Shown here: piece by piece, positions 50,891-62,924 of the stretch
How the letters are laid out: each line of letters begins with the position of its first letter
Numbering within the stretch: position 1 is the stretch's first letter
Origin: Amoebophrya sp. A120
Lineage: Eukaryota > Protista > Dinoflagellata
Length of the DNA stretch: 64,000 bases
Assembly: GCA_905178155.1 (NCBI GenBank)
Contig: CAJINV010000004.1
Location: 7,818,771 to 7,882,770 of the forward strand
Reading direction: 5' to 3'
Notes under the pieces: generated by a model
Databases searched by the model: none
Told to the model about the DNA's origin: nothing
The model's input: only the letters and a program-made list of their open reading frames with translations
Translations under genes and position numbers: made by a program

Positions 50891-53800
50891 ATGGCGTCCA
50901 TTTGTTCGCACGGTTGCACCAAGATCATGAAACGTGCCCCCTTGAATATGAATGTCATCTCCGGTCTACTTCTGCTGCTCTGCACCCAGAGCCTCTTCCT
51001 CGTCTTCCCCCTTGCCGCCGCGTGGCACCTGGAGATCCTGGTTACCTCCCCCTGGTTATCGTACAGAAAAGATGAATATCAACTGTAAAAATGTCTGGGT
51101 CTGGAAACTTGTGATGCTGGGTGGCGTATCATGAGGAGGCCACAAGTGCTCGCTCAGCATGACAAGTTTTTGAGCTTCTAGGTGTTGCCTATTCTGCATG
51201 ACAAACTGCGTTTCTACATGACAGAAAAGTGGCGGTCTTGGGTAACGTGCATGACAGATTTGAGAGTCATGCCAGACAAGCATGACAAACATGCACTCTT
51301 CCAGACCCAGACATTTTTACACTTGATAATGAAATGCAGACAGGACAGATTTGTAAAATGCAAAAAATTATTCGAAAAATCTGTCATGGGCGAGCCCGTA
51401 GCGTGCTGCTTAGGATTATCTGCGATAGAGATCAACATTTGTGCAGCGCGTGCCGGTTTCTTGTGTATTTATTTTTGCATTTTACATTACAAATATGACG
51501 ACTGCCTGCTTTTTTCTGTTTGATACTGGCGCAATGAAGAGCGACGGAACATCCTTCGCAACGCGTTGACGAATTGCAAAACGGTTGGGGTCGCTACCCA
51601 GCACAAGGTCACCTACCACTTCTTTATGGGCAACGTGAACGACACAAGACCCAGTTTCGAGGAAGACACCAACCGCGTGCTCTTCGCCGCCGGGCGGTTT
51701 CTGGAAAATGGAGAAACCCTCTCGTCCATCGGACCCGCGGTGGAGGAAAACCAAAACGACCTGGGGGTCAACACAGGAGAGCACCAGCAATTTTCCGACG
51801 CGGTGGTAACTACCGACGATGAGGCGTTTCTCTACGGGTTGCGGGTGAGAACAAACCCAGCAGACACATCAAGTCCTGAAATAGTACAAAGAACTCATCT
51901 CCTGCAGGGGGACAACAACTACAGGGATCTTGTCGTCCTGAACGGCCCAGATTTAGATCCCCCAGTGCAGCGCGACGTCACGTACGTTTTGGAAAGACCG
52001 ACCAGCCGCGCGTTCCGCGTCGCGTACGGGACCAGGTGGGTCTACCTCTACCTGCCCAGCACGGACTTTATCTTTTATCTGGACGACGACTCGTTTCTGA
52101 ACGTGCCGAGGTTGTTTCAACTCCTTGACGGGGTTGCGGTCACCGAGCAGCGTAACATGATGGAAAGGCAGGAAAACGGGGATGAAAACCTGTCCTTGCG
52201 GTACCGAAATGAACGGGATAGAATGCAGTCGATCGTGGTTGGATACATGATGGCAACGGACGTGGACATGGGGCGATACGACGTTTGTGAAATGTAGGTT
52301 AATATATAGATATGTGTTATTCTTGTAGAATTTTTACTTTTTTCTTTGTGTGAGATTTTTTCTTGCTACTTCTCCACTAAGAGTACTTCTACGTGAGTTT
52401 CCTGTACAAATTTTTGTTGTGGGAGGTAAAGAAACACTCTCCGCTCGAATAGAACCTTAACCTCTGGGAAGATTGTATGTTAACAACCGTCAAAACTTCG
52501 ACTGTCCCACTCATCCGACATCACCGCCCCAGGTGCGATCCCTGCGAGCGCTGCCTGAACGACCGTGCGCTGAAGAACTTCTGTGCACAGTTGCCGCACC
52601 TCTCCCTCTATGTATTGCAAAAACGTCTGGGTCTGGAAGGTTGCAACTTGTAATGCTGATTCTGGATCGTGCAAAAATCTGTGTTGCATGAATGCCAAAA
52701 GCTGACCACTTTTGACAAAGTTGAGAGGAAGTTTTATCATGCAGGAAGTTTATCATGCAGCATAGGCATGATACGGATCTCACAGAATCTGTCATGCTGG
52801 GTCCTGCATTCCAGACGACAGGGATCATGGAAAATCTGCATGACAAGCCTGGGAATCTTCCAGACCCAGGCATTTTTGCATTTGATACCCTCGGCGGCTG
52901 CCTGGCGTACATGAATACGTGCAAAATTTACGGGACGGAGACACCCTTGCTGGATTGCATCCGGTATGTATTGCAAATATGTCTGGGTCTGGAAGGTTGG
53001 AACTTGTAATGCTAGCTCTCCATAGTACCTAGGAAGTCTGTATTGCCTAAATCAACAAAAGTCGCAGCCTCTTTTGGAGGAAACACGCAGTTTCATCTCA
53101 TGCGGATTGCCTATGAGAAAGCGTTTTGAAAAGTTGTCATGCCAAATTGAATATTCGGAACTGTTTCCTTCATCCACATTTTCGCATCACAAGTTTCCAG
53201 TAGACCCAGACATATTTGCATTTGATATCCGGGACGCGCAAATGGAGGCAGCCCGTCTCGCGGAGTACTTCGGTACGAAAAAATCTCCGCTTTGGCTTAT
53301 CCCGTGTAAAAACATCCCCACCCCATACCTGTCATGCAATTCTGCATGCCAAGAAAGTTTCTCATGCGGAGCTCTATGAGAAGCATTTTTTATTCGTGTT
53401 ATGGAATTTGTGATGCTAGGATCAGTTTGCTGTGCTAGATCTGTGATGCTTCTGAACTAGCTAAACAGGGTTACACTACAAGGGCAAAGAACTTGTCATG
53501 CGAAACAACGAAAGCTAGTTGATTTGTCTAGCAGATTTCCCATCTTGACTCTGGTGTGGGGACGTTTTTAATCAGGATATGGCTGCTCGGCATGGGCTGG
53601 CTTTTCGGGAAAAGGGTGATCAACTGGATCGCGCGGAACGCCGCGGATTTGAAAAAGCGCGGCGCCGCCGACTTATCCTGAGAAAAAAGTGTTGCAGTTA
53701 AGTACACACCCTGATGAGAGTGAGAGACAAGCAAGACAGACAACCTCTGGCATGCAGGAAAAAATGCTTGCCCGCCTCATATGATTATCCGTGTTTTCGC

Positions 53801-56708
53801 TTATAGTTTTAGTTATAGTCTGCGCATCTCAGGTATTTTCCTTTTCCATGTCGGGTAGCAACTTTGTGATGCAGAAACTCCAACACCAACAAATGGAAGT
53901 GTGTCACTGTAAAACTTTTTTCCTGTGATGCGACTTGATTCTCGGTTACTGGCTGGTTGGGATGGAAGATCTGAATTGGGTGGACACCGGGCCGTACGGA
54001 AATTTTCGCTTTCACGACTACCCCATGCGGGGGAACACGTTCACCCGGGCCTGCCACGACGAAACCATCCTGGTGCACCGCATGACGCCGAAGCGGTGGG
54101 AGCGGGATTTCGATTATGGCGCGCCTAAAGTAGCTTTTTCAAAAGTACTAGAATTTTTTTTTTGATGTTTGTGCGGCACGTCGGCAACTAGCTATACCAA
54201 ACTAGATAGAGTTAGCTAATCAAACTAGGTGGAATTTTGCATGCGTAACCAGTTGTCTAACTCAGAGGTAGTAGCTTGCTCGTCTTCCACGAAGGGCTGG
54301 CCTACGGATCTGTCCGGAACGCTATCGGTACGTCGTGGCGAGCTCGGACATGTTTCTGGTTGCGCGCAAAGTCATCTACTCCGGTTGAAACAACAGGTGG
54401 GCCATCTCATGACGTTCGGCGTCTACTACGAATTTGCGAGCAAGTTCGCAATACGCAAGTGCGGAGGCCACCTGCTGCGGACCGCAGCGAAAAGAGTAAC
54501 GGGCACGCAGGCCTGCCCCAACACGGGGCCCCCAGAGGGGCCGCGAAGTGGCCGGCAAAGTGGCCTACGAAACACCCCCCCAAAAAATCTCCAATACCGA
54601 TGTAACTACCCCTCCCGAAGAGGCCGATCAGTTGGCATCTGCGGAGGGGGGCAAACTCGGACGAAGTTTCCCAATAGATTCGCAGAGGTTTTTTTCCCAT
54701 GTTCGACAGCTAATGCGCCTTCGCAGTGTAGGTAGCGCCATCGTGCGCCAGTGTCAAGATCTGGCTGGATGTCCGGAACCAGGTATCGGAGGTTGGTAAA
54801 TTCCGCACGGTTTTCGTCGTTTCGGGACCGTACACCTAGCCAGAGCTCCGAGTAGAGGACCCTCAGCAAGGCTTGGCGACGGGACTGCTCTGGACAGATC
54901 CGTAGACCAGAGCCTCGAAGAGTACCAGCCTATTTACCTCGCGGCGCCGACGTGCTTTTGCACTTATTCGCAATGGACTTCTCATGCATATTCAGAATTG
55001 CCTAGTTTTATTAACTAGGTTCTGGCACTGAAGCGCTTGCAAAAAAAAAATTCTAGTACTTTTAAAAAAGCTACTTTAGGCGCGCCATATCGATAGAGAA
55101 ACCTGCAGTTTAGACTGCGCGTTTATCGAAATGAAAAATCCTTCCACCCATTAAATTTGTGATGCTGATTTGTGATCACAAGTCATGTTGTCATGCTAGA
55201 AGGGCAAATGGGACGCGGGCTGTAGTGCTGGCTGGCGTGGCAAAGCCTTGCATCTACTTCAGTGCCTCTGACAGAAGGCAATTGGAAGGGGGGAATCTCA
55301 TGACAAATTACCTGCAAGGTGCGGTCTTGTTTGCCAAACAAGACCGCAACTGCGTCTCTTGCCCTTGTAGCAATACAAGCCTTACGCAAGACATCCAGCA
55401 TCACAAATTTCCTGTACGACACTGGGAGGGGGGATTTTTCCTCGCAATAGCGTTGGAGACGGACCCGGAGTTGTCGGACGAAGACAGGCAGAAGATCCAG
55501 GAGGAAGAGGAGAAGGAGGAGAGACTATCAAAGTGAAAAATCCCCCCTCCCCACATCGAAAAGGTATGTTTCTGAAAGTTTGTGTTGCTGATTTGAGCTC
55601 ACAAATCACGTCTGTCTTGCAAGAAGACAGGCGCAGAGGCTTCCGCACCATTATGGAAGCGATTTGGCATGCTGTTGCGCCTAGGGGGCACCCGTTTGCA
55701 ATGCTAAGCAACTAGACCTATAAGTACGCCCCTACCTAGGCCGAGGATCTGGCTGCGATGCCTTACTGCAAGACAAATCCGATTTGTGTACCCAAATCCT
55801 GCATCACAGATTTCCATTTCGATATGGGGAGGGGGGATTTTTCCTTTTGATAGAGACGGAAAGAGTTGGAAATGGCGGACTCCTTGCGCGAACTGGAACT
55901 AAACCCCACCGGGGTGCTATGAAAGTGCAGGACAACTCCCCCTCCGCCTTCATTTGCGCCGTTGCATGAACAGCAACACAAGCGCTGGCAAAGGTCCAGC
56001 TTTTGCATGACAAATTCCTAGGAGACTGTAGTGCAGTTCTGGATCATTCCGGAATCTGTCATGCAAACAGTGCTAACAGGCAAAGGGTGGATTTGGGATT
56101 TTGCATGACAAACGAGGGGGAGGGGGAGCTGTGCACATTCATAGGTGAAGCGGGAGACGCGAATACGCGACGACGATGGGAAGGCTCCTACGGGTGGCGA
56201 GGGAGGACCAGGAGGTGGCAGCCACAGCAGTAATCTCCCTCTGAATCTTCACATGGAGGCGGAGGGGGAAATAGATATGGAGGCGGAAGGGGAACAACAA
56301 ATGGGGGCGGAGGATGAACACATTGGACAGAGTGCGGAAGTATCCTGTGCAAAAGTATCGTACTCCTATTGCAATCATGCATTAAAAATCCTTGTCTTCG
56401 GGTCAATCCGCATTACAAATTTTATTTCTCATGCTGAGGAAATCGAAATTTGTAATGCATTTATACGAGTGCGATACTTCTGCAGTGCATAGGAAGTAGA
56501 TGAGATCGACTTCATGAGCGAGAAACTAGACGATAGTTTGGATGACGCCTTTGTCACGCAAGAGGACGAAAGTGATCACGACGAAAATTTTTACCCAGAA
56601 CCCTCGTCGTACGAGGAAAACGACGAGAATGTTAAGACTATAGAGAATAATGAACTATATTCTGCGGTGGAGCCTTCTGTAACTCTAACTACAGATGTGC
56701 TGTTGTAG
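50891..56708 (+). CDS. GT31/beta-1,3-galactosyltransferase-like glycosyltransferase with acidic C-terminal tail, 12 exons
   Basis: N-terminal hydrophobic segment; spliced ILVTSPW|RNEERRNILR; YRDLVVL; FIFYLDDDSFLNV (DxD); WL|LGMGWLF; AAD|LILGYW. Eleven introners (one nested) and a GT-AG intron 52294..52532. Confidence 0.75.
51057..51525. mobile_element. Outer introner (family I) containing a nested family A element
   Basis: tatcgtacagaaaa...atttgtaaaatgcaaaaa pairs with tttttgcattttac...ttttttctgtttgata; direct repeat CTGGT/CTGGC. Confidence 0.82.
51077..51328. mobile_element. Introner family A, nested
   Basis: Family A TIRs; direct repeat ATGAA. Confidence 0.92.
52609..52887. mobile_element. 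Introner family A
   Basis: Family A TIRs; direct repeat CCCTC. Confidence 0.92.
52965..53227. mobile_element. Introner family A
   Basis: Family A TIRs; direct repeat TCCGG. Confidence 0.92.
53298..53579. mobile_element. Introner family E
   Basis: Family E TIRs; direct repeat TGGCT. Confidence 0.92.
53674..53930. mobile_element. Introner family F
   Basis: Family F TIRs, ends ATG; direct repeat CGACT. Confidence 0.88.
54115..55089. mobile_element. 975-bp TIR element acting as an intron
   Basis: ~48 bp near-perfect TIR tatggcgcgcctaaagtagctttttcaaaagtactagaatttttttt; perfect direct repeat TCGAT; removal gives ERDFD|RETCSLDCA. Confidence 0.92.
55124..55449. mobile_element. Introner family C-like (diverged)
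   Basis: tatcgaaatgaaaaatccttccaccca ... tgggagggggatttttcctcgcaata; direct repeat GCGTT. Confidence 0.87.
55526..55852. mobile_element. Introner family C
   Basis: Family C TIRs; direct repeat GAGAC. Confidence 0.92.
55918..56143. mobile_element. Introner family G
   Basis: tatgaaagtgcaggacaactccccctcc ... ggagggggagctgtgcacattcata; direct repeat GGTGC/GGTGA. Confidence 0.88.
56341..56491. mobile_element. Introner family B
   Basis: Family B TIRs; direct repeat GGAAG. Confidence 0.92.
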
Positions 56709-57250
56709 CGTATTCGGCAGTGTTTCAGCTTTCATCATAGTACATCTAAATTCAAGCTCGATGGCTTTGCCACAAAAAAAGAATCCGTCATCAATGCTCG
56801 AAGACTTGATCATAAATTTCTGCCTGGCTGCTTATCCAGATTTCCACTCATCGGAATGGAATAAAACACATTCTTTATTCTGGCAGAAGTCGATCTCGAT
56901 GTCGATCTCCTGGAACGGAATGAATTGAGATCTGTGTTGGTGTAGATCAGAAGCAATGTGATTCAAGTAGCTCAGAGTCAACAAGCAATGTGTTGATCGT
57001 AGAAGTATTTTTGTGACAAAATCAAAACCGAATGGACGTACAAATTTTGTGTTGCAGGCCAAGCCCTTCTTCCCACTTATGATTTGATGTAGATGTTGTA
57101 GTCTTGGTTTTTTCCCCTCATTGTGTTTTAGAGATAGTACACGACTACTTCGACAGAAATTATCGCTTGAGTTTATCATTCGACTTCGAAGAATTTGTTT
57201 TTGATATGATTTCGAACACAAACCACCAACCCCATAGAAGTACCAAAAAG

Positions 57251-60200
57251 ATGACCCCAACGAGGACCACTTCCGACGACCCTTCCACCCAGCTCTCGCG
57301 CGAGTACCTGGTCCACCAGGGGGCGGCGGTATTATGCCTGAATTGCCCAACAAGCGACAACAGCGGATTCCAGTTCGGAATCGACAACCACCTCTGGCAT
57401 ATCAACTGCACAAATGGCTGGGTCTGGAAGATTGCAACTTGTCATGCTGTTTTTGGACTCTAAAACAATTTGTATTGCATGACCAGCAAGAGGGGCGCAG
57501 TTTGTGATAGACGGACAGGGCATTTCTCATGCGGAAGCATCAGGAAGGGTTCTAAAAATCTGTAATGCTAGGGCATACATCACAGACTATCATGGGTCAT
57601 GAGAAACATGCATGACAAATCTTGCATTCTTCCAGACCCAGACACTTTTGCAGTTGATATGGCAGACCGGCCCGAAATTTATGGGGGTCAAGTTCATCCC
57701 GCCGGGCGTGCATTTCATCTACTACAGCAACAGCAACCTGGGCGACATGGTGGAACGGTGCGGGTTTTTTGTGCACTTGAAGCCGCAGGAAGTGTTGGTC
57801 CGCAAATGGGATCAAAAAACGGAAACGTTGGAGAAGTTAACGGACCTCGACGAGGAGGCGAGGTATGTCGATGGCGTGAGGCATTGGGATATGAAATGCA
57901 AAAGTGTCTGGCTCTGGAAACTTGTGATGCAAGTCAGTCAATAACAAACGCACTTTAATGCGCCGCTTAGCATGACAAGATGCTTCGTGCTTCTGTGCTG
58001 CGTATTCCGCATGAGAAACTGCGTTTTTGCATGACAGGCGAGAGATGCTATTCGTGGCCCCGCAATACAGATTTAAGGGCCATGCCAGATCAGCATGACA
58101 ACTCTCGCAATCTTCCAGACCCAGACATTTTTGCAATCCATATGGGACTTTGATCTCAACCTCGGCGAGTACCCGCTACTCAACGCCGAATCCACGGTCC
58201 ACTACGACCAGTATCGAAAGGAAAAATCCCCCCTCCCCATATCAAAACGAAATTGCTGATGCTGGATTTGTGTAGAGAAATCAGCTTTGTATTGCAGAGA
58301 GGCATTGCGGCCAGATCCCCAGGCTAGGTAGGGGCGTATGGGTCTAGTTGTTCAGCATGGCAGACGGCTCGTCTTTAGGTCCACCAGCGTGACAAATCGC
58401 TTCCATAATGAGGCGGAAGCTTCTGCCCTTGTCTTCTTGCAAGACAAATGTGATTTGTGGCCTCAAATCAGCAACGCAAATTCTCGGAAGCATGCCGGTT
58501 CGATATGGGGAGGGGGGATTTTTCCTTTCGATAACCAGTGGCGGGAGATCACGCGGCACATCAGCAACGGGGTCGTGAAAAAAATCGAGCCGGTGCATGC
58601 GCTGATCGGGACGAAAAGGAAAGATTTGGTGGTGGAGGAAGAAGTGTTGAACCTATCGGGCGACAGCGATAAAAAAACCAAGATTCAGGAAAGCATCGGG
58701 AGCTGGAAGGCGCCGGGGTACGTGCGGGCCGCCGCGGGCGCGGGGGTAGATAGTCTTGAAGGGCGGGAAATAGCGGACAGAAAGATTGACGAAAAAGTTG
58801 TAGCCCCCGCAGATGAGGTATTGTTAAAGAAGGACAACAAGGAAAAGGACAATTATACCGCTGACCATCTTGGGAAAAGCCAACCTGCACCCGAAAGAAG
58901 GGAGCCATCAGGAGGGGCCACTGCGGTTGTTCCACCTCGTCCCGCCCAACCCCCAACATCCGCGGCGCAGCAGCAGCGAGACCTAAAGGAGGATCAGAAA
59001 GAGTACCAGACCTCGGTTCAGAACAACTTCGGCAGGCTCTTTTTCTCCACAATTCCCGCCACGACTTTGTCCGGGGAGGAGCTGTCGCCGGCCGAGATCA
59101 CGAAACGGCACATGGACAAGTCCCACGTACTAGCGAAGATCATTGAGCATGATATCCTGTGCAAAAGTATCGTACTCGTATTGCAATTGTGCATTACAAA
59201 TTTTTTTCTGAAGCTAAATTCGCATTACAAATTTTATTTCTCATGCTGAGGAAATTTGTATTGCATTTATACGAGTACGATACTTTTGCAGTTCATACAC
59301 TAATACGCGGACTTAAATCCGCACTACGTCAAGCACAAAATGGCGAAAAAGGAGCAGAGTAAAAGCACAACTAAAGCAAGTAGTTCTACTATTACTCGAC
59401 CGCCAGCTGGTGCAACTACAACATCATCTACTACACCATCACGACGAGAAGAAGAAGAAGAAACGTTCTCAGAGATGAAGAAAATAAATTCTACTACGGC
59501 AGCATCAGCTTCAGCAAAAGACAGTACGACCGAAAGTGCAAAAAATCATCCCTCTAGTACTGCCAAGAAAATCAACCAGCAAGAATCGATGCGGAAGATG
59601 GGGGAACAGAATATGAAAACCTCCTCTGCTCTGTCGAAGCAGGAACAGCATTTCCAGCTTCTCGCCTACCTGGCGCTTCTGGGCGAGCTGGAACTGGCCT
59701 TTGTCGCGTTTCTGCTCGGACAAAATTACGACGCTTTCGAGCAGTGGAAGAAGTTGCTGAACCTCTTCTGTTCCTGCACGGAATTGATCGCGAAGCAACC
59801 GGTGTTGTACCTGGAGTTTCTGCGAACGCTCTACGCGCAGTTACAGCAGTACTGCAAAGAAAATTCCCCCCTCCCCATATGGAAAACGCATCCTTGTGAA
59901 AATTTGTGATGCAGATTTGTGACCACAAATCAGGTCTGTCTTGCAAGAAGGCACACTCAGGCTGTCCGCCACGTTATGCAGGGGATTTGTAATGCTGTAA
60001 GGCCTACAGGGTAGCCGTCTACCATGCTAAGCGCCTGCACCAATAGGCCCCCTCCTGGGCTCAGGATCTGCGTGCGTTCCTCTACTGCAGCACAGATTTG
60101 ATTTGTGTATCCAAATCCAGCATCAGAAATTTCGTTTTGATATGGGGAGGGGGGATTTTTCCTTTTGATAAGCAGGCTCCGGAGGACTTCTTCATCGGAG

Positions 60201-60720
60201 GCGAAAGTTTGGATTTGAGCGACAATTTTTTGTATGCAATGCAAAAGCATCGTACTCGTATAAATGCATCACAAATTTCTTTCGGTTTCCTCTGCGTGAG
60301 AAATGAAATTTGTAATGCGGATTTACCTGGACAAAGAAATTTGTAATGCATGATTGCAATTACTACGAGTACGATACTTTTGTACAGCATATTTTGGTGC
60401 ACAATGCGATTCAACTGGTGGAAAGGGTGGACATTGTGGTGGAGGAGCAGAAAGGAAGCAGGGTAGAAGAACTTGGTGCGTCTGCTGGGGTCACTGTCCC
60501 CTCGCACCATCAAAACACGAACCAGGAGGAGCAGATCTTCGGGGCGTTGGCGACGCGGGCGCAGCACGTCCGAGAACTGCTGTCTGAGAAGTTTGGGAAG
60601 AAGTTTGAGACCCTGGCCTGGACCGCGAACGCGCCCACGGTCGCGGACCATCTGGAAGATTGCGAGAACGACGACGACATGCCGCAGATTGTCGATCTGG
60701 ACCAACCGTACGCGTTTTGA
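57251..60720 (+). CDS. AAR2: AAR2 (U5 snRNP assembly factor), 7 exons
   Basis: FGIDNHLW|QTGPKFMGVKFIPPGVHFIYYS, FDLNLGEYP, WREITRHIS, EITKRHMDKS, LLGELELAFVAFLLGQNYDAFEQWKKLLNLFC, QLQQ|APEDFF...DNFL. All six introns are introners. Confidence 0.9.
57400..57659. mobile_element. Introner family A
   Basis: Family A TIRs; direct repeat TGGCA. Confidence 0.92.
57890..58142. mobile_element. Introner family A
   Basis: Family A TIRs; direct repeat TGGGA. Confidence 0.92.
58212..58533. mobile_element. Introner family C
   Basis: Family C TIRs; direct repeat ACCAG. Confidence 0.92.
59153..59297. mobile_element. Introner family B
   Basis: Family B TIRs; degenerate direct repeat CATGA/CACTA. Confidence 0.88.
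59850..60170. mobile_element. Introner family C (TAC start)
   Basis: Family C TIRs; direct repeat AGCAG. Confidence 0.9.
60233..60391. mobile_element. Introner family B
   Basis: Family B TIRs; direct repeat TTTTG. Confidence 0.92.
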
Positions 60721-62924
60721 GGGAGGGGAGGTTGACAGATGGTAGTTTTGATGTCGTTCTTGTGGCAGGCACGTGATGTTGTAGTTTTGCTGCGTTAATT
60801 AATCGGCGTAGTGAAGATGTGCCACATTGATGAAACGCTGCAAAGAATTGCACAGACGACGTGAGAACGCTGTCAGAAGATTGTGCTTACAATCAAAGAA
60901 AGAAATAGTGAACGAAAGAACAATTTGTGCTTCCCGTCTGTCGTGATTGTGGATCATACTCTGACTATACGAACGTGGGAGATGAGCGGCTAAAAAGGTC
61001 GTGTGGCAACTAACAAAAACAAGCGATAGATTTTTTAGTGTTCGACGCGAACCGCCGACAGGAGAGCGTCCTTGAAAAACTTGCGCAAACTTCTGCTTTG
61101 GCCGTCCACTGCCAGACTCGTAAAATGGTTTTATTTGTTCGCGTCTTTCTCCGTTCTGTTCTCGTCCGTAGTCGTTCGCAACCAGCGCACACGGCGGCCG
61201 AACAATGCTGACGCGGCTGCAAGGGGCAGAAGGGTCGAGCGCCACGGCAGGCGGCGCGTTGTGCATGGTTTAGGCCGACGCCCAAGGCCTGACGGAAGAA
61301 CGCGCGCCGGCCGCGAAGTGCTTGGCTGCCGTCCAAGCTATGCCCGGGCGCCCTTGCTCTGCGGTTGTCCCACGCCTCGGGCGATTTTAGTGCGCAAGTA
61401 GCCCAGAGGCCGGGCGGCGCCGAGGTGCGTGGGGGTGGGCTCTGCGCGCCGGCACGGGCAGCCGGGGGGGGGGGGGGGGGGGGCCCAGCTCGACGCCGGC
61501 GAAAGCCAAGCTAGAAATAGACTGCGAAAAGCCTGCGAAGAGCGTCGGCGCCAGCGTCCAAACGCATTCGCCCTCACCTATGGTGGAGGGTCTATCTAAG
61601 AATTGAGGACGCTGGTCCGCCGACGCAATCGGGACAGATTCCCGCACCAAATTCCCCCGATGCTAGTGGCGGCCGCGCGCCCCATCGGCGGCATCTGCCC
61701 AGCCGGACACGGAACGCCCGGAGGCGTAGCGGCGCCGTGGTCGAGGGGGCCGGCGGACCCGCCCGGGCCGGGGCGCCCTCGCGAGCCGCCAAGCGCCGAG
61801 GGCCCGGCCCCCCCGCCGGGCGGGGCTGCAACCGGGCGAGCAAGCTTTATTGCCTGCCGCGGAAATTAGGAGAAAGCTGCGGCCGAGACGGGCGACGAGC
61901 ATGGGAAGGACATTACCGAGGCGGCCGCGGATACGAAGTGGGCACGTGGAGAGACACTCCGCAGCCCTACGCGAAATGCCCCCGGCACAGTCTCCGGAAC
62001 CCCCGAGGGAGCAACTCGGGGGGGCGGCAGCGTTGCCAGCAACGAAAGGGGCCCGGCCTTGCGCGAACATGCCGAGCCGGGCGGCCCCAGTGCCAGCCCC
62101 CAGGGGCTGGCCTCGCTGAACAACGGTGGGCGCTCGCGCTCTTGTTCCCGAGAAAATGCGCCGGGCGCCAGCGCCCCAACCCAATGCGGCAGGCGGCGCG
62201 GACGGCCCGCAATCTTGCCCGCGGCGCCCTGTGCCTCGCCGCCCCGGGCAGGCGGGTGGCCGCGCGCAGGGTGGCGCCCGGACTTGACGGAAGCAGCTTC
62301 GGCCCAAGCTTCCCCAACCTCAGGTACCGCGGAAAACGCCAGGAGGGCCGCCGGCATGCAACGAGCGGCAGGCGGCCGGCGGTTGTTGCCTAAAAAATGG
62401 ACTACGGATTGGCTGACGCCTGCCTCGTCGCGGTCCGCTCCGGAAGGGAAGATGGCATCCTTCTCGCAGGGGCCGAGATTCATTCTCTGCACACTCTTGA
62501 GCCTTCGCGCCGGAGCATCTTCAGTCTGTACATGCGTCCTGTTCTTCCATTTCCATCAAGATTCAAGACGAGCCATGGCTTTCTATTGGTGAAGGCAATG
62601 TAACAGTAACACCGGAGAGGGTTACATTCTGTGCAGGCGGTCAGAGAGCGACAAAAAGTGCTACCTAATGTGTGTGGAGGGCATCAAGGTAGTATGCAAA
62701 GAACTCAGTGGAGAAGGCGAGTGAAGAGACGAGTGTCAACGCTGATCTTGGTGCACAGCATGATACTACGCACTATACGTTCATTTTATTCCGTGTGATG
62801 TCGTCTCGTGTTTTTCTCGTACGTAGGCCGCCACATTATACAGAGCCGTCCGACGAGCGCAAAGAAAATAAAGGCGCAAAGAACCTCTACAAAAAGCCGA
62901 ACCACGACGGCGTCTTGAACAAAA

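Noticed and set aside
53935-54165. Glycosyltransferase C-terminus YGAPKVAFSKVLEFFF*
   Set aside because: This is read-through into the TIR of the 975-bp element.
54229-54735. Transposase within the 975-bp element
   Set aside because: Only 168 aa with a non-ATG start and no recognisable DDE or DNA-binding motif.
13089-60720. Genes as transposon-disrupted pseudogenes
   Set aside because: Exons show no stops or frameshifts once elements are removed, and conserved motifs of essential genes are intact.
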